From Amoebidium appalachense (Eukaryota > Protista > Ichthyosporea), in contig CAVNZM010000002.1 of the NCBI GenBank assembly GCA_963693365.1, positions 8,033,059 to 8,097,058 on the forward strand: a stretch of DNA of 64,000 nucleotides, written 5' to 3'. Under the pieces are notes generated by a model, which was given only the letters and a program-made list of their open reading frames with translations, was not told the origin of the DNA and did no database searches. The position numbers were made by a program, and so were the translations under genes. Every line of letters begins with the position of its first letter. Within the stretch, counting starts at the first letter, position 1. This document shows, piece after piece, positions 40,576 through 62,007 of the stretch.

Positions 40576-42796
40576 TGCCCACCCGCCCGCCCGCCCACCC
40601 GCCCGCCTCCTCGTCCACCCGCAGCCAACCTGCCCACCCGCCCTTTCCATTTCCATTACAACTTTCCCGATCTTCACATTCCCCTTCCCGGCACTTACTC
40701 ACCCACCCCATCCTCATACTTATCCACCCACTCCCTATGCCCTGTTTACGTGTGTAGGCGTGTGGATGTCAGTGCGTGGGTGCATAAGCACTTTTGCAAA
40801 GCATAGATCGCTCTGGTTTGTTTCTGGTGTGCTTTTTATGCCATTAGAGACCCATATCTCGGGCCCCACCTATCACTTCACGACTGGAATATCAAACAGC
40901 CATACAAATGCTAACCATAATCTCTTCCACGCACAGAACCAAGCGTCCATCCATCATCAACCTTTCACTGGGCACGGAGGGTAGGTCAGCAATTATGGAT
41001 GCAGCCGTTAGATTTCTGGTTCAAAACAATGTGCCTGTCGTCGTTGCTGCTGGTATGTAACTGTGCCCCCCCCCCTCCCCCCCCCCTTTCCCCCTCCCCC
41101 CCCCCCCCCCCCCCCCCCTCCCCACACACACACACCCTCACCACCCCCCGGGGCACTCCGCCCATTGCCACTGTTTCCTCCTGCCCTTCATGTCTGTCTC
41201 ATAGTCTAGCAAAAGATATATCGCGTAGCCTAAGGTTGCAGTCACCATACAGTTGTCTTTGCTTGTTCTTCACAGCATTTCTTTCTTTCTTTCTTTCATT
41301 TTTGTATTTGGTGTGTCGTGTCCGCAAATCTACCCCTGTTTCCCCTACTCTCCCACCTTCTTTGAAAATGCAGTCACCTCTGTACTCACCCTTCCCTCCC
41401 CCCCCCCCTCCCCCCCCCTCCCCCCCCCCCCCTCCTCCCTCTGAGCCCCAGCCTCGGGGCCCCCCTGCCCCCGCTGTAAAACTTCCTTTTGCGCGTGCGC
41501 CATAGTCTTTCCATGCCCACCTGCTTTCCATATATGGCAACCATGCATTGTTTCTGATTGGGTGGTGGTAACCAGGCAACGAGGATGCCAATGCCTGCTA
41601 TGTGAGCCCGGCTGCTGCCCGTGGCCCCCTGAGTGTGGGCAGCACGGACTATGACGATAGCCGCAGCAGCTTCAGCAACTGGGGCAAGTGTGTCGATGTA
41701 TTTGCTCCCGGAGGTACATTGCCCATCATTGCCCATCATCCCCCCCCCCCCCCCCCCCCCCCCCCCCTTCTCCCGGCGCGCCCACACACACACACACACA
41801 CGCACACACACACGCACACACACATGCACACAATATTCAGCCTTTGATATTGAATAAACCATAAGTTATTCTTAAATATCCAGCCACATATTTCGTGTAC
41901 ATACATCGGGGTGTTGGGGATATTATGTTGGGGATATTTAAAGACCATCTCTTGAATATCCACAAGCACACTATCTCTTGTATATCTAAAGACCATCTCT
42001 TGAATATCCACAAGCACACTATCTCTTGTTTATCTATGTCTGTGTGGTGATGCGGTAGTAATGAACCAATTATCTCTTGTATATCCCATCTCTTGTATAT
42101 CCATAAAATGCTATCTCTTACACATCCCCTTAGACACTATCTCTTGTATATCCACGAACACACTATCTTGTATATCCGCTAGCACACTATCTCTTGTACA
42201 TCCCCTAACACACTATCTCTTGTATATCCACGAACACACTATCTTGTATATCCGCTAGCACACTATCTCTTGTACATCCCCTAGCACACTATCTCTTGTA
42301 TATCCACGAACACACTATCTCTTGTATATCCACGAACACACTATCTTGTATATCCACTAGCACACTATCTCTTGTACATCCCCTAACACACTATCTCTTG
42401 TATATCCACGAACACACTATCTTGTATATCCACGAGCACACTATCTCTTGCACATCCCCTAACACACTATCTTTTTTATATCCACGAACACACACTCTCT
42501 TTTATATCAGCTAGCACACTATTTCTTGCATATCCACTAACACACAATCTCTTGTATATCCAGGCGCCATCACCTCGCTTGCACCAAACAACCGCACCGC
42601 AGTGCAGTCCGGCACCAGCATGTCTGCACCAATCGTATCGGGCCTTGCTGCCATCATGCTCGGCCTCAACAACTCATACGTCCCACGTGACCTATTCACC
42701 AATCTATTGGCTCACGCTCAGAACGGTATTGTCACTGGCGCACGCACGGCTTATGGTAGCCCGGATGATCTGGTGCAAAATGTTTGCTTTAAGTAG
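36923..42796 (+). CDS. Secreted subtilisin-like serine protease (S8A, proteinase K-like) with I9 prodomain; exons 36923-37094, 37958-38203, 38747-38972, 39527-39692, 40417-40490, 40937-41052, 41576-41713, 42564-42796
   Basis: Signal peptide, then APWHLARLS. Catalytic triad in [16 protein letters not shown] and SGTSMSAP; oxyanion hole AAGN; also [14 protein letters not shown]. All 7 introns are GT-AG and phase-consistent. Confidence 0.95.
41941..42563 (+). repeat. About 25-bp minisatellite (CACACTATCTCTTGTATATCCACGAA-like) in subtilisin intron 7
   Basis: More than 20 degenerate units; the last unit ends in the functional acceptor TATCCAG. Confidence 0.9.
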
Positions 42797-43364
42797 TAAA
42801 ACTAGGAAGGATATTGTGGCTGGGATGTTGAATCTTTGAAGTTTGGGTATCCAAAAATATATGTTTGATATTGCTTTTGGTTGTTTGATAGGATAAAGAT
42901 GTATCCAATTCTTTTCAGTGCTCCTTTGAAAGTGAGTGAGTAATGTAGTTTCCCGGCTGGTACGGATTAGCGGTAGTACTAGTAGTCCATTTGCAGTATG
43001 CAATGGTCATCCAATAGGTGTGTGTGGCGCAGGCGCCGTATATATATCAAACCACGATGATTCCAATGCTGGTCATATATGATTCGTGATATGAAAGGAA
43101 ATAAACTTCCAAGAATCAAAAAAATTCTTCAAGTGTTTACTCCTCTACCCATGTTCTACCTACCGTAGCCTGCCCAAAATGCGACTGCGCTAGCTAGCTC
43201 TGTGGCATGCGCAGGAAATCACTCTGAAGGCTGATACAACGACCTAAGCCACACACACAAAAGAAAAAAGAAAAGACAAAAAGCAAAGCACACACACACA
43301 TGCATATGCAGTCAGCCATACACAAGCGCACAAGCGCGCACAGCGAGCGTGTGTGTGTGTGCGT

Positions 43365-43439
<75 letters not shown>

Positions 43440-46246
43440 ACACCACACACACCACACACACACACACACATACCGTGAAGGTGCGGGAATTCTCACCTGC
43501 TTCGATGAGCTTCCCGGCCACCTTCCTTTCCTAAACAAAGCCCCGCGCGCACGTATTTGCAACAGTTAGAGATCATTCTGAGGTCTTTAGAGTTTCAATA
43601 AAAAATCAGCTTTCGAAGGCTTATAACCCCAACACTGGAAGCTGGACAAGTGTTTGCAATTTCGATCAAGGCCTCCTACTCTGACGGGCCTGGAAATGGA
43701 GGAGTGCAGATCGGAACGCAAAAATGGAACCGGCTGGGTTGGACTATGTAAGATTTGATCCAAGTATGGGAATCCAAGTTGCCAGGTATAGTCCACTCAG
43801 CGCTGTGAAAGAAACATCGTTATACAAGTATACAAGTCACAACGGTTGTATTTTCATATTATGTACACACAAATACACACACACACGCACACACACACAC
43901 AGAGAGAGATTGGCCGTGGAGCTGGTGTGGTTACATACCTGTCCCATCCTCATCCGGGGGGTTTAGAAAAATGGTGAAGTTCAACGGTTGTTCCCAAGGC
44001 CCTATTAGCTAACGGTTTGGGGGGGGGGGGGGGGGGGGGGGGGGGAGGGGGAGAGGGGGAGGGGCGCTGGCGCACACAGTCTCACGTGTATATACACATA
44101 TACAAACAAGTATGTCCACGCTCTCGCTCTGGAACTTGAAAAAGAGTCAGGGGAGAGACTGAACACAGCCTGTGGGATACGCACCGTAAGTTACATAAAC
44201 GCTCCGGCACCAATTGACAGCACCGACCACACGCTACTTTGCATGCACGCTACCAAAACAGTGGGGCACAAGTCACACGTTCACTGTGACTCGCAGCACA
44301 CGCGTGCACGTGCACACACACCGCTCATGACACACACGCGCGCACACAGAGCACCATGGAGCAGCCTAAAACACAAGAACTTTTTCCTTACGATTTTTGT
44401 ACAACTGTGTTGAAGAGAAAAAGCTGGCAGATGGGGAGAAGAGCTGAAGAGGTGCGCACCTACAACCACTTACACAACACCGACGACACGCAACCATCAC
44501 CGTCGGCACACACTAATACAGCTTATATACCACACGCTGGGAGGGTGACAAGTACGCACCCAGTGCCTGCCGCCCACACACCCACAGCTCGCAAGCACAC
44601 GTATACACGCTCCCACAGACACAGAGACACACGCACGTACACGCACACTGAGCATGCGGAAGCTTCCTTAGAGAGATACGTCAACGTTGTTCGGCACAAG
44701 CACTTACAGAAGGACCTGGTGGGGAAGGGAAGACGGACTGAGGGAGAGGCGAATATTCTGAGTATTGAATAGAGCCGGCGCCGAAGAGGGACAACTCACG
44801 ACCATTGATGACCGGGAGATTGGCGACCAACACGGTTAGTTATGGAAGTTGAGGACAAAGGGGGGATATAGAGTGGGGGAAGGGGGGGGCTTTCGAGGAG
44901 GGGGTGGATGGGGGGGTGAGGGGAGGGGGAATGGCTGCGCGGGGAAGGGCCTGGGGGGGGGGGGGGGGGGGGGGGCAGCGGGTTTGTTTTGCTTCCAACT
45001 ATTCCCCCCCTCCTCCCGCCCCCGCCCTCGCTGCGCGTTGAAAAAGCCCTTTTTGGGTGTGTATATAATCCGACACCAACTTTGCACATGTCTGCTCAGA
45101 AGCTTCTTCGGATCTTTGTACAGGGGCACAGGGGCATGTTCCTGCACGAGGCTCACAGCTGCAGGCATGGTTGGCTCGGTAGCCGCAGACACTACACTTA
45201 TGAAGCATCTATGTGACCCATTTTCAAAGCTTAGAGTGTGGCTGAACAGCGTTAGAGAATCAACGTTGTGACACCAGTTTGTCCAAAGCATGGTAACAAG
45301 GCCCCGTGACACTCGAGCAAGATCTTGCTGACACAACAAGGTAAAGAGGAGAAAACGTAAACAACCGCTCAGCTACGAACTACGCGATTGGCCAATTTGC
45401 CCGCCAAAACCAGCCTGTTACTATTTTCGGAACCGGCCTCTCATTTTTGATGCTATTTTCGGAACAGGCTGGAATCGGCGATCATTTCGGGTCAGGCTGG
45501 AGTAAGCCTGACCCGGAACTCAATTCAGATCGTGACGCACACTTTTCCAGGCCCGTCAGAGTAGGAGACCTCGATCTCGATAGCCAGAGATAGATTCGAG
45601 ACATTTGGAAGTAAAATTTCTTTTGACTCGGGTTTATTGATCCGATAAAGGCAACGTGCAGCCACAGGCTACATAACCACCAATAGAACTGAAAAAGCCA
45701 AAGCTACGAAATTAAAATGAAGCGACAAGTGACAAAGGACACCAGCGGGCAAAACCGTAAGTGTACGGGTGAAGGAAGGGAAGGAAGAAACTTTATTCTT
45801 CGAAAATCTAATAGTAAAGCAAAAATCTCCTATGAACGTCAAGATATTTGGGGGGGGGGGGGGTATGCGTGAAACTAGTTTGCTCCAACTAGTCATATGC
45901 ATCGATGTTGACCAGACCACACTCTGCAAGAAGACATCATTACTGCTCCTTCCCAACAGGCCCCCCTCAAAACCTATCGAGGCACAGCAAGCAAGTCAGC
46001 CTCTAAAAGAGCAAAGCAGACCAAATCTGAGCTAAAAAACAATCCCAACGGGCCCGGCCCCTAGATAACCCGGAGAAACTGCATCTAGCTCTCTGATAAG
46101 GTGGCCTAGTTGTGGCAGGACACACAGAAAAACACAATTACAGAATGCATGCAAGCAAACCCAGTCATTGCCATACGACTGGAGGCTAAGGACTGGCAGT
46201 CACTTGGAAAGCTCCCCGACGACCAAGTAGCCGCCCCTCCACTCAC

Positions 46247-46533
46247 GCACACAGGGCGCGGAAGTAGCTGAAGAAGTTGCAGCAGCCCACCGCCAATAGG
46301 TCGCGTAGAAGCGTAGACAGCTTGTAGAAGTTACCATAGGTTGCAGTGGACCACCAGGTGTTGAAGAAACCACTTCTCAAGCGAGAAACTCCACGAAAGG
46401 GAGATGCCCCCACACTCTCACAGCAGTAGGAATACACCAGGCCACACCACACACACGCTGCAGTCACATTCCCCTGAGTGGGACTCCCTCCCACCACAAA
46501 AAGAAGAAACGAAAGCCTTTATATACCTGCCAT
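46247..46533 (-). other. Possible 5' exons of a divergently transcribed spliced gene
   Basis: CACCATGGCAG|GTATAT ... CTGCAG|CGTGT ... TGTGC|GTGAGT gives an open Cys-containing peptide. Downstream exons could not be chained convincingly. Confidence 0.25.
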
Positions 46534-46997
46534 GGTGAAGAATCGGGAAAAAAAGTTGACGTGACAGCTAAGAGATCGAAGTGAAAGTGAAGTCAAATTG
46601 GGGGTTTACGCTGTTTACTCGAGGCAAAGAGAAACCAGTCTCAGGTATGGGGGGGAGGGTTTGCTCGGAATATCCCCTCAGCGGTATATCAGGTAGAATT
46701 GGAAATTTAGCTCGAACGAAAATGATTGGTGAATCACGCATCTGCTTACGTCAGAGCAGTTGCGTAATCCCATGGGCAAGCTAGGGCAAGCTGCAGCTGT
46801 GTTGGCTGCACTGGCAGCTGCAGCTGTCACTTTTACACTTGGAGTGAGACTTCGAAATCAATGAAGTTTTGCCGGGAAAGAAGGAAAGCATTGCTTTCCT
46901 GAGCGTTTCCATGGAAACCTTAACTTCAAGATTCTATGTCACAACACCGCTTTCCAGAGAGATCTATGCCCTTTTACACAGTTAAAGAAACGGAAAC

Positions 46998-54227
<7,230 letters not shown>

Positions 54228-55800
54228 GTGAGTGGGGGTGGTGGGTGTATGGTGTGGGGATTGGCGTGGTGGGTGTGGGTGTGTGGATATTGTGCGCAAT
54301 GGAGGAATGAGTGTCTGTGTGTGTGTCGCGTGTATGGGGCTGGTGTGCGTGTGTGTATGTGTGTGTGGGTGTGTGTGGGGGGGGGGGGAGGGGAAGGGGG
54401 GAGGGGAGGGGGGTGTCAATTACTAAAACGAAACTGAAGGGACGTTTGTAGCCTCTTTAAAATGAATGGGTGATTGCGGGCGCGTGCAAAGGGGGGGGGG
54501 GGGGGGGGAGTAGGCTAACTTACCCTCTACGTTGGATGATAAAATTCGATTTAATTAAATAGAGTCTAATACTACACGTAGTCGAATGAGCACACATAAT
54601 TCACAGGCATGGGAAAGAAACTGCACTTTCTGAACACTTTCTCTGAACACTTTTTTGGTTCGAGCTACTAGTACTCCTTCTCAAAGTCACTGGGGGAAAG
54701 AAGCTGTTTCTTTCCAATGCATTACTGTCCTTGTAATATAAATATATTGAGGGGATAGCCCAATGACGGTTGCCTTTGGGGTAGGTCGTAATCAACTTTT
54801 TTAGTATTATGGTATATCATATAAATGTAGTCATAATTACTGAGCGAGGTCTTAAGACTGCTTTATGTTAATTCAACCCTCCTTTTAAAAAACTCCTACA
54901 GAGTATGTTTTACCAGTTTTACTGCCTGAAAAAATGTGTTTATTCCTGACCTGTTCATGATCATGTATCAAACCTATCACACTGTGTGTGAGTACTGTTA
55001 AGCTTAACCTTGACAGTAAATCTATGCATGCTCTGAAACTAATATAAGTTTTGTTAAAGTGCAGGTGATGCTCCACACACACGTTCTGTGGGTGTGCATG
55101 CGAACCGGAAGCACATATTTTCTCCCGTGTGGAAAATGACCAGAACACTAATACCCCCCCCCCCCCCCCCCCCTCCCCCCCCCCCTCCCCTTCGCACACC
55201 ACCCGCCCTGCGCACACACCCATATACCAACCCTCCATGCGCCAATGCATACGTATATTCGGGCTTGTCACAAATATCACATGCCAAGGTTCGTTCGAGT
55301 GCTTCGGCCATTGGCCCACACTTGTGCCATTCGAGTTGTGATCTTAGTTGTGATCACACATGCTTACCTGTGCATATCCACGGCACGCGGCACATGCACA
55401 CGTATACATGATATATATGTACACTGTGGCACACGTCCATACATACACCCACACACCTGCATGCGTGCTCCGGCATACGCGCACGTGCACACGCACACAT
55501 ACACACACATAGATATCCCTCCACCCCCCTCCCCCCCCCCTCTCCGGACCCCGCGTGGCACACACACACACACCTACACCATGATGTACATACGTACACA
55601 CACAAACGCATGCAAATTTGAACACCCACACCCACAAAAATTGAAACAATTCATAGCGCTGTGATCCATTTACTCTGAAAAGCTCTGCAGCTTGACGGTG
55701 TACGTACACACACCAGATATCTGTGATATTATGACGAGGCGGTATACTGGTAGCTTGCAACATTTCTCCTAACACACGCACGACATTACAGGTCCATACA

Positions 55801-55844
<44 letters not shown>

Positions 55845-55869
55845 GGGGGGGGAGGGGGGGGGGGGGAGG

Positions 55870-55906
<37 letters not shown>

Positions 55907-55983
55907 GTTCAGAGAGGACCGTGGGCGGTAGGTAGTCTCCAAGGCTACTAACCCGCGGGACGTCTCCCGGTTGGGTCTATGAA

Positions 55984-56484
55984 TTCCTGTTAGGCAATCG
56001 GAACTATTTGTTATCTTGTAGGTCCAATAGGAATGCTGTATTTCCTGTTGGGCAATAGGAACGCTTCCCTAAATTGTTGTTGGGCAATAGCAAGGCTTCC
56101 TTAATTCTCATTAAATTCTTAATATTCAACCAATCATATGCTTTAATTTTAAATTTGTTTGCGCAATCAGACACTTTGTCTAGAGCCGGGCCGCAGGGAG
56201 ACAGCACTCAGTGACTACGTGCCAGTAGTATCATGGCAGATGACTATGACGTGGGGGCATGGACTCGAGTCTCCCGGCTGTTTGCGCAAACTTCACTTGG
56301 TTCGCGCTCAGCCAATAATAACGCGCCATCCCCGGTAACTGTTTTGATTGGTTGAGCGTCAGCTGTGGAGAAGTTGCGTTGCAAGGAAATCCTTGAAAAC
56401 AGCTTCCTCGTAAATAGCATTTTAATAGAAATAAACATGACATTAATCACGGCCCTCTGAAAAAAAGAGGGCCGTGCATTAATG
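55984..56484. repeat. Palindromic 20-mer array plus a strong hairpin; possible non-autonomous DNA element
   Basis: Four TTCCTGTTGGGCAATAGGAA-like units at about 30-bp spacing (55984-56092), and CATTAATCACGGCCCTCT-GAAAAAA-AGAGGGCCGTGCATTAATG at 56441-56484. Confidence 0.5.
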
Positions 56485-57148
56485 CCCGTTACCTCGAAAG
56501 TAGAAATACTACATTACGTTTGAAAGGTAAACATATTATCGAGGAGGCTATCACTCAACCTGCCCAGGGCTGGCGAAACGCAAAACACAAAAAACGTTAC
56601 AAACTGCAAGGCTTTGGCGAAACTCGGAGGAGGAAAGAAAAAAGACTCGACTAGCCTACATAATAGACGTGATATTCTAAGAGCAGGAGAAGGAGGATAA
56701 ATGGGTATTAACCTGGGTGTATGTGTACACAGTGCGGCCGTGACATGGAGACGGTTAGGTAGGTACATTAGGTCCCCATTCTTTTGTCGCATCGTTTGGT
56801 TGTGATTGCCGTTCCTCGTTGGATCTCCACCCCAAAATGGCACATTGTTCTTCTCGAGTGGCGTTGCTGGACTTAATATTATTGGTTTGCTTTTTGAATG
56901 CCTGGATACTGGTACTTTTCAATTACTTTTTGCCATGGTGCATGTTTACCTCTTCTTCCTCCTTCTCATTCACTTCGTCCTTTACTCGGGAAGTTTTGGG
57001 GGGAGGGTAGAGGCATAAAAGACTCAACATAGCTTCGAGATAGCTACGGTTGATTGTAGTATGCAGCAATCAGGTTTCATCTCGTACACAAATATTCCTT
57101 CAATTTGAACTACGACTTCCTGGTTGTGCGTAAACGTCCAGTTGCAGG

Positions 57149-60100
57149 ATGACCACAAGAAGATCTATCGAAGAATGGGCTCCCGTCTATCTGCAGATGT
57201 ATTTCTGGCCTTTGGCTGATGCATTTTGCGATTCATAAACAGGCAATTTCTTCCTTTTCTTTCTTTTTTTCTTTGTTTTATTTTATTTTATTTTATTTAT
57301 TTATTTATTTTTTTTTTGGGGGGGGGGGGGGGGGTAAGGTGATACAAATCAAGTGTGGTGTAGGCCTTAACTACAGATCTCCTACAGACACTCACTTCTT
57401 TTGTGTCCAACAGCACGCAGGTAGAACGGCAAGAGGCGGAGGCCTTAGCCCGGAAGACAAGTATCGACGCTCGAAGGGTACGTTGCACCCTATGTTTCTT
57501 GTCTATTCCTTCTCGACAGTTAACTAGATTTTGCCTGCCGGTCTAATATCTCTTTCTCGAGGCTAAGCATACGTATTTCTGCAGAGATCCACGTTAGACC
57601 ATGAGCTCCGCATCGTGAGATCGCCGTCTGGTTCTCTGTACCAGTCCAATCCCCAGTCACAATCATACATTCGCATCGGGTCGGTGGGTTCTGTGGGCTC
57701 AGCGGGCACGGAGTTTCCAAAGTCCAGAAGTGGTCGCACGTCCCAGACGGAGGTGGGTTGAGTAAGAGACAAGCACTGATTCAAGCACACTTGCACACTT
57801 GAACTGACTCTGTTAAACTAAAAATCTATCCCCCCCCTCCCCCCCCCCCCCCCCCCCCCCCCCCTCATCTCCTTCCCAAGCCCTCCCCCCGCCCTTCCTG
57901 TACCAATTTCGGGTGGGGAAGGGGGCCGGGGGGGGAGGAGGAGGAGGGGAAGGGGGAGGAGGGAGGACAGGGATGCGGTGTATTCGTGTGTGGCAGGAGG
58001 GGGAGGGGGGAGGAGGAGGGGTAGAGGGGAGGGGAGAAGGTGAAGTATGTGATATGCACACACATACATGGACGTGCTTAGACACACACAGGTACACACC
58101 ACACACATACACACACAGAATTCCGAGCTCTCGCGGACACCCGCCTTCACACGAGACCGATCGATCACAAGGGATTTGTAAACAGACACACACCATACAC
58201 ACACTCTCTCGCCTGGATGCTCGCGCGCACACGCATACATACAATGACACGCTTACACCTTGCACTCCCACAAAACAGACATAAGAACACACCTGCATCT
58301 GCACTGACCATGCTCACTGACACACGTACGCATGTTTGAGGAAGCGCACACACACTCACGCGTGCGCGCACACATACAAACACACAGACACTCACAAAAT
58401 GACGCATACACACATGCGCTTGGGCAGCAGGCGGGCGCATGTGGACTCTCGTGCACGCAAAACCCACTACAGACACAGAACCAGGCTAATGCTGATGATG
58501 AGTATTGTAAAGTGTTTCTTGCCAATGATCAACTCGGTTTCACCTTTCTACTTTTTTCTTTATTTTTTTTTTTTTGCTTTTGTATGCAGCTTGCTTTGCT
58601 TCTAAGCTCTGCTTTGTATGTTCAACTACCCTCCCTTCCCCCCCCCCCCCCCCCCCCCCCCCTCTCTCCACTCCCCCCAAAAAAAGAACTAAATAGAAAA
58701 ATAAAGAATAGAATACGTCCCAACATTACCTACATCCCCCCCCCCCCCCCCTCTCGTATCCCCCACATTCCCTTCCCGCCTAGTACAGCACTGATGTATG
58801 GGTGGCCGTGTCCATTGCACAGGCGAGTCAGAACACACCCAGATTACGCAACTACGACAAGCCCGACGCGAGCTTGGACCAGGGTTTGAACCTTGAGAAC
58901 CCTGTTATAGGGCACCCTACGGAGGCTCGTCGACGCAGCAGCATAGCGGACTATTTGACTAATAAGGTTTCAAACATAACAAATTTTCTGCGAAAAGGCT
59001 CAAAGGTAATTGCTATGTTTGTCACATGGCAGGTTTGGTTTGTGAAGGGGTCGAAGAAGGGAGGGGGGGGGGGGGGGGGAGGGGGGTAATGAAGGGAGGG
59101 GAGAGGGGAAGGGAAGGGAGAGCTGGGGGGGGGGGGGGGGGGGGGAAGGGGGGGGAGGATGCTCCTGTGGGACTTTGGCGTACGAAATCAGTGCGAACGA
59201 AATTGATCTGCTGATAACTGGAGAGAGCGCCTTGCTGTGGTTGTTTTTATTTTGATCGTTTCTTCTCTGCCAGTCTCAGGTTCACTTCCTGTCTTTCTTA
59301 CGCAACTTTCTCTGCTCCCCCCCCCCTAGGGGGGATTAGACAGCCGGGGAGCAGGGGGGGGGGGGGGGGGGGGGACTAGACAGCCGGGGAGCCAGGGGGG
59401 GGGGGGGGGGGGGGGAGGAAGTGACTTAGGTTGCAGACTGGTAGTTCAAAAAACATGAAAGTACTAAAATGCAACTGTCTAACCAGGGTGGTGTGTGTCA
59501 GGACACAACCGGTGGTGAAGGTCCAGCCTCACAAGCAACAGCACACTCCCCCCAACTGGGTAAGGGTCAAAGAACATGTCTTTGATATTTGTCTTATTGT
59601 ACAAGAGGTGTGGTCTTTTTTATGAAAGGCCAAGGTCATTTTTGTATCTTTTTGCCGTCTTTATTTTGTTTTGTCGTTTATGTAGTGATGTGCATTCCTC
59701 CCCTAATATGTTCAGCCACTTCCACTCTTTGTCAGATTACATTTGATGTAGATTTATTTTATGGCTTGGGATCTTGAAGCTTGCTACACACAACCTCATT
59801 GAAAGTGAATAGACAAAGTTGTTGACAAGGGCATGACGGTGGCACAAAAAGCATTTTCATCGTGAAGGTACTCACTAGAAAACGGAGAATAGAAACAAAG
59901 TCATTTTCCATGGTACTACCCGTGTTATACGTTCATACGTGATCTGTTTACTGCGCTCTTGATCAGCATTGTTGGCCGTGTGCTAAACGTGAAAGCTAAT
60001 CGGACGGTGTGTGCAGGATTGAAGAGGGCAACCAGCGCTCACTCCCTCAACCTGGTGGGTATGGCTTTCGTCCGTTTCCACCGTTAGACACACATGAACA

Positions 60101-60187
60101 CACACATACATGCACACACACATAAGGAGAGACACGTGCACTCTAGCTCACACACACAGATACACACACACACACACACGCACACAC

Positions 60188-60226
<39 letters not shown>

Positions 60227-60391
60227 CACACACACACACGACACACACACACACACACTCCGTGTCCGCACAGGCACCCACACGCATATACAGCACAAGT
60301 GCACTTATTCAACTACCCCCTCTCCCCCCTCCTGCCCTCCGTCGGTCGTGAATGAGTATTTTCGTGTTTTGTAACACACACTCTACCCCCC

Positions 60392-60422
<31 letters not shown>

Positions 60423-60879
60423 ACACACAACCCTTTTCCCCGTGCCCTCCCCCCTTCCCCCATTTCGAAAATTTGTTCCAACCAGTGTTCTCTGTATGGA
60501 AATATGTCTCACTCTGTCTAAAAACGTAAATTGCTTTCATGTTTAGGTTTGAAATATGAACCTCGGATGGCAGGCTGTTGCTTTGAAGGAGGGCACCGAG
60601 CCAAACCACGCAGTGGCCCTGTGTCTGTGTGTGTTTCTTGTGTGTGTGCTTCTCCGTTTTCTTTTTCTTTCCTTTTTTTTTGTTTTGGGGGGGGGGGGGG
60701 GGGGGGCTGAGCATTTTGTCGTCATGTGGACACGGCACATGGAATCGGCCACAACATTATTGGTGTCTGAAAACCTCTTTCCTTTCGTGAGTAATGAGGG
60801 TACAGGGGATTTCACATATGACCAGACAGGAGAGGCTTGTCTTTTAGAGTGATGAGAAGAGGGAGTTGGGGGGAAGGGG

Positions 60880-60910
<31 letters not shown>

Positions 60911-61246
60911 TAGCTGAGTTACCCGACACGCACGTGCATGTGGTGTTGACGGTGTTTTTGGTTGCAGGAATCTGTGTCTGAGTGCGAGTCAGAGCCAATC
61001 CTTGCTGTGCCATCATCCGGTCCACTAAGGGTACGTGAATCCTCCTCCCCCCCCCCCCCCCCCCCTCTCACCCCCACCCCCCACCCCCCTGAAAGTATTC
61101 ATTGTATATGCTTTGCAGAATGTGCATTGTCCTGTCTGTCGTGAATGTGGACCTCGTGCTGCGCAATGCATCTAAAGACTTCTTCCCCCCATCCTTCCAA
61201 GCACAGACAGACAGACACACACACACATACACACACACAAACACGT

Positions 61247-61279
<33 letters not shown>

Positions 61280-61291
61280 AACACACACACA

Positions 61292-61357
<66 letters not shown>

Positions 61358-61972
61358 ACTACGCGTTTGTTGATCCGACCCTTCTCTTCCTCCGTCTCAC
61401 GCTTCCTGGTCCATCTTTACTTGCCGGGTGTATTGCTCTCTTGATTGTTTGCACATCCATCCATCACTGGTGTATTTCAGTGTGTAAGGGCATCCTGTGC
61501 ATTTCTAGTGTATTTGGTCTGGTTGTATTGTTTATGCACATATACATGTATACTTCGAGCTAGTTTACACTATGATTATGTCTTGCTCGAAGCTACCCCT
61601 ATTCTCTGTGAAAGGAATTTCCTTTTTTTTCTCCTTTTTTTTTTTCCCCTTTCTATTTCTTTTACTAACTTGAACCCGACGTAGCATCCCGCCACACTCC
61701 GGAAGAGCCCATCAGGCCAGATCTTTGGTGAGTTTCACATGGCAACTGTATTATATATCCATTCTTAGCCCTGTCTGATGCCCCGATCGAAATAAAATCA
61801 AAAAAAAAAAAAAAAAAAAAAGAGTTTCCCTATTTGTCGGGTACTAACCTGTTGTGTACTCTGTGATAGCACTGTCATTCCCACCACCATTGCTCTTTGG
61901 ATATGATTGGGTTTTATGGGGATGTTTGCGTGTGTGTGTGTGTGTGTGTATGTTGGGGGAGAGCGAGGGGAA

Positions 61973-62007
<35 letters not shown>

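Noticed and set aside
56750-57200. Minus-strand coding-looking stretch
   Set aside because: It has in-frame stops and overlaps the better-supported plus-strand spliced gene starting at 57149.
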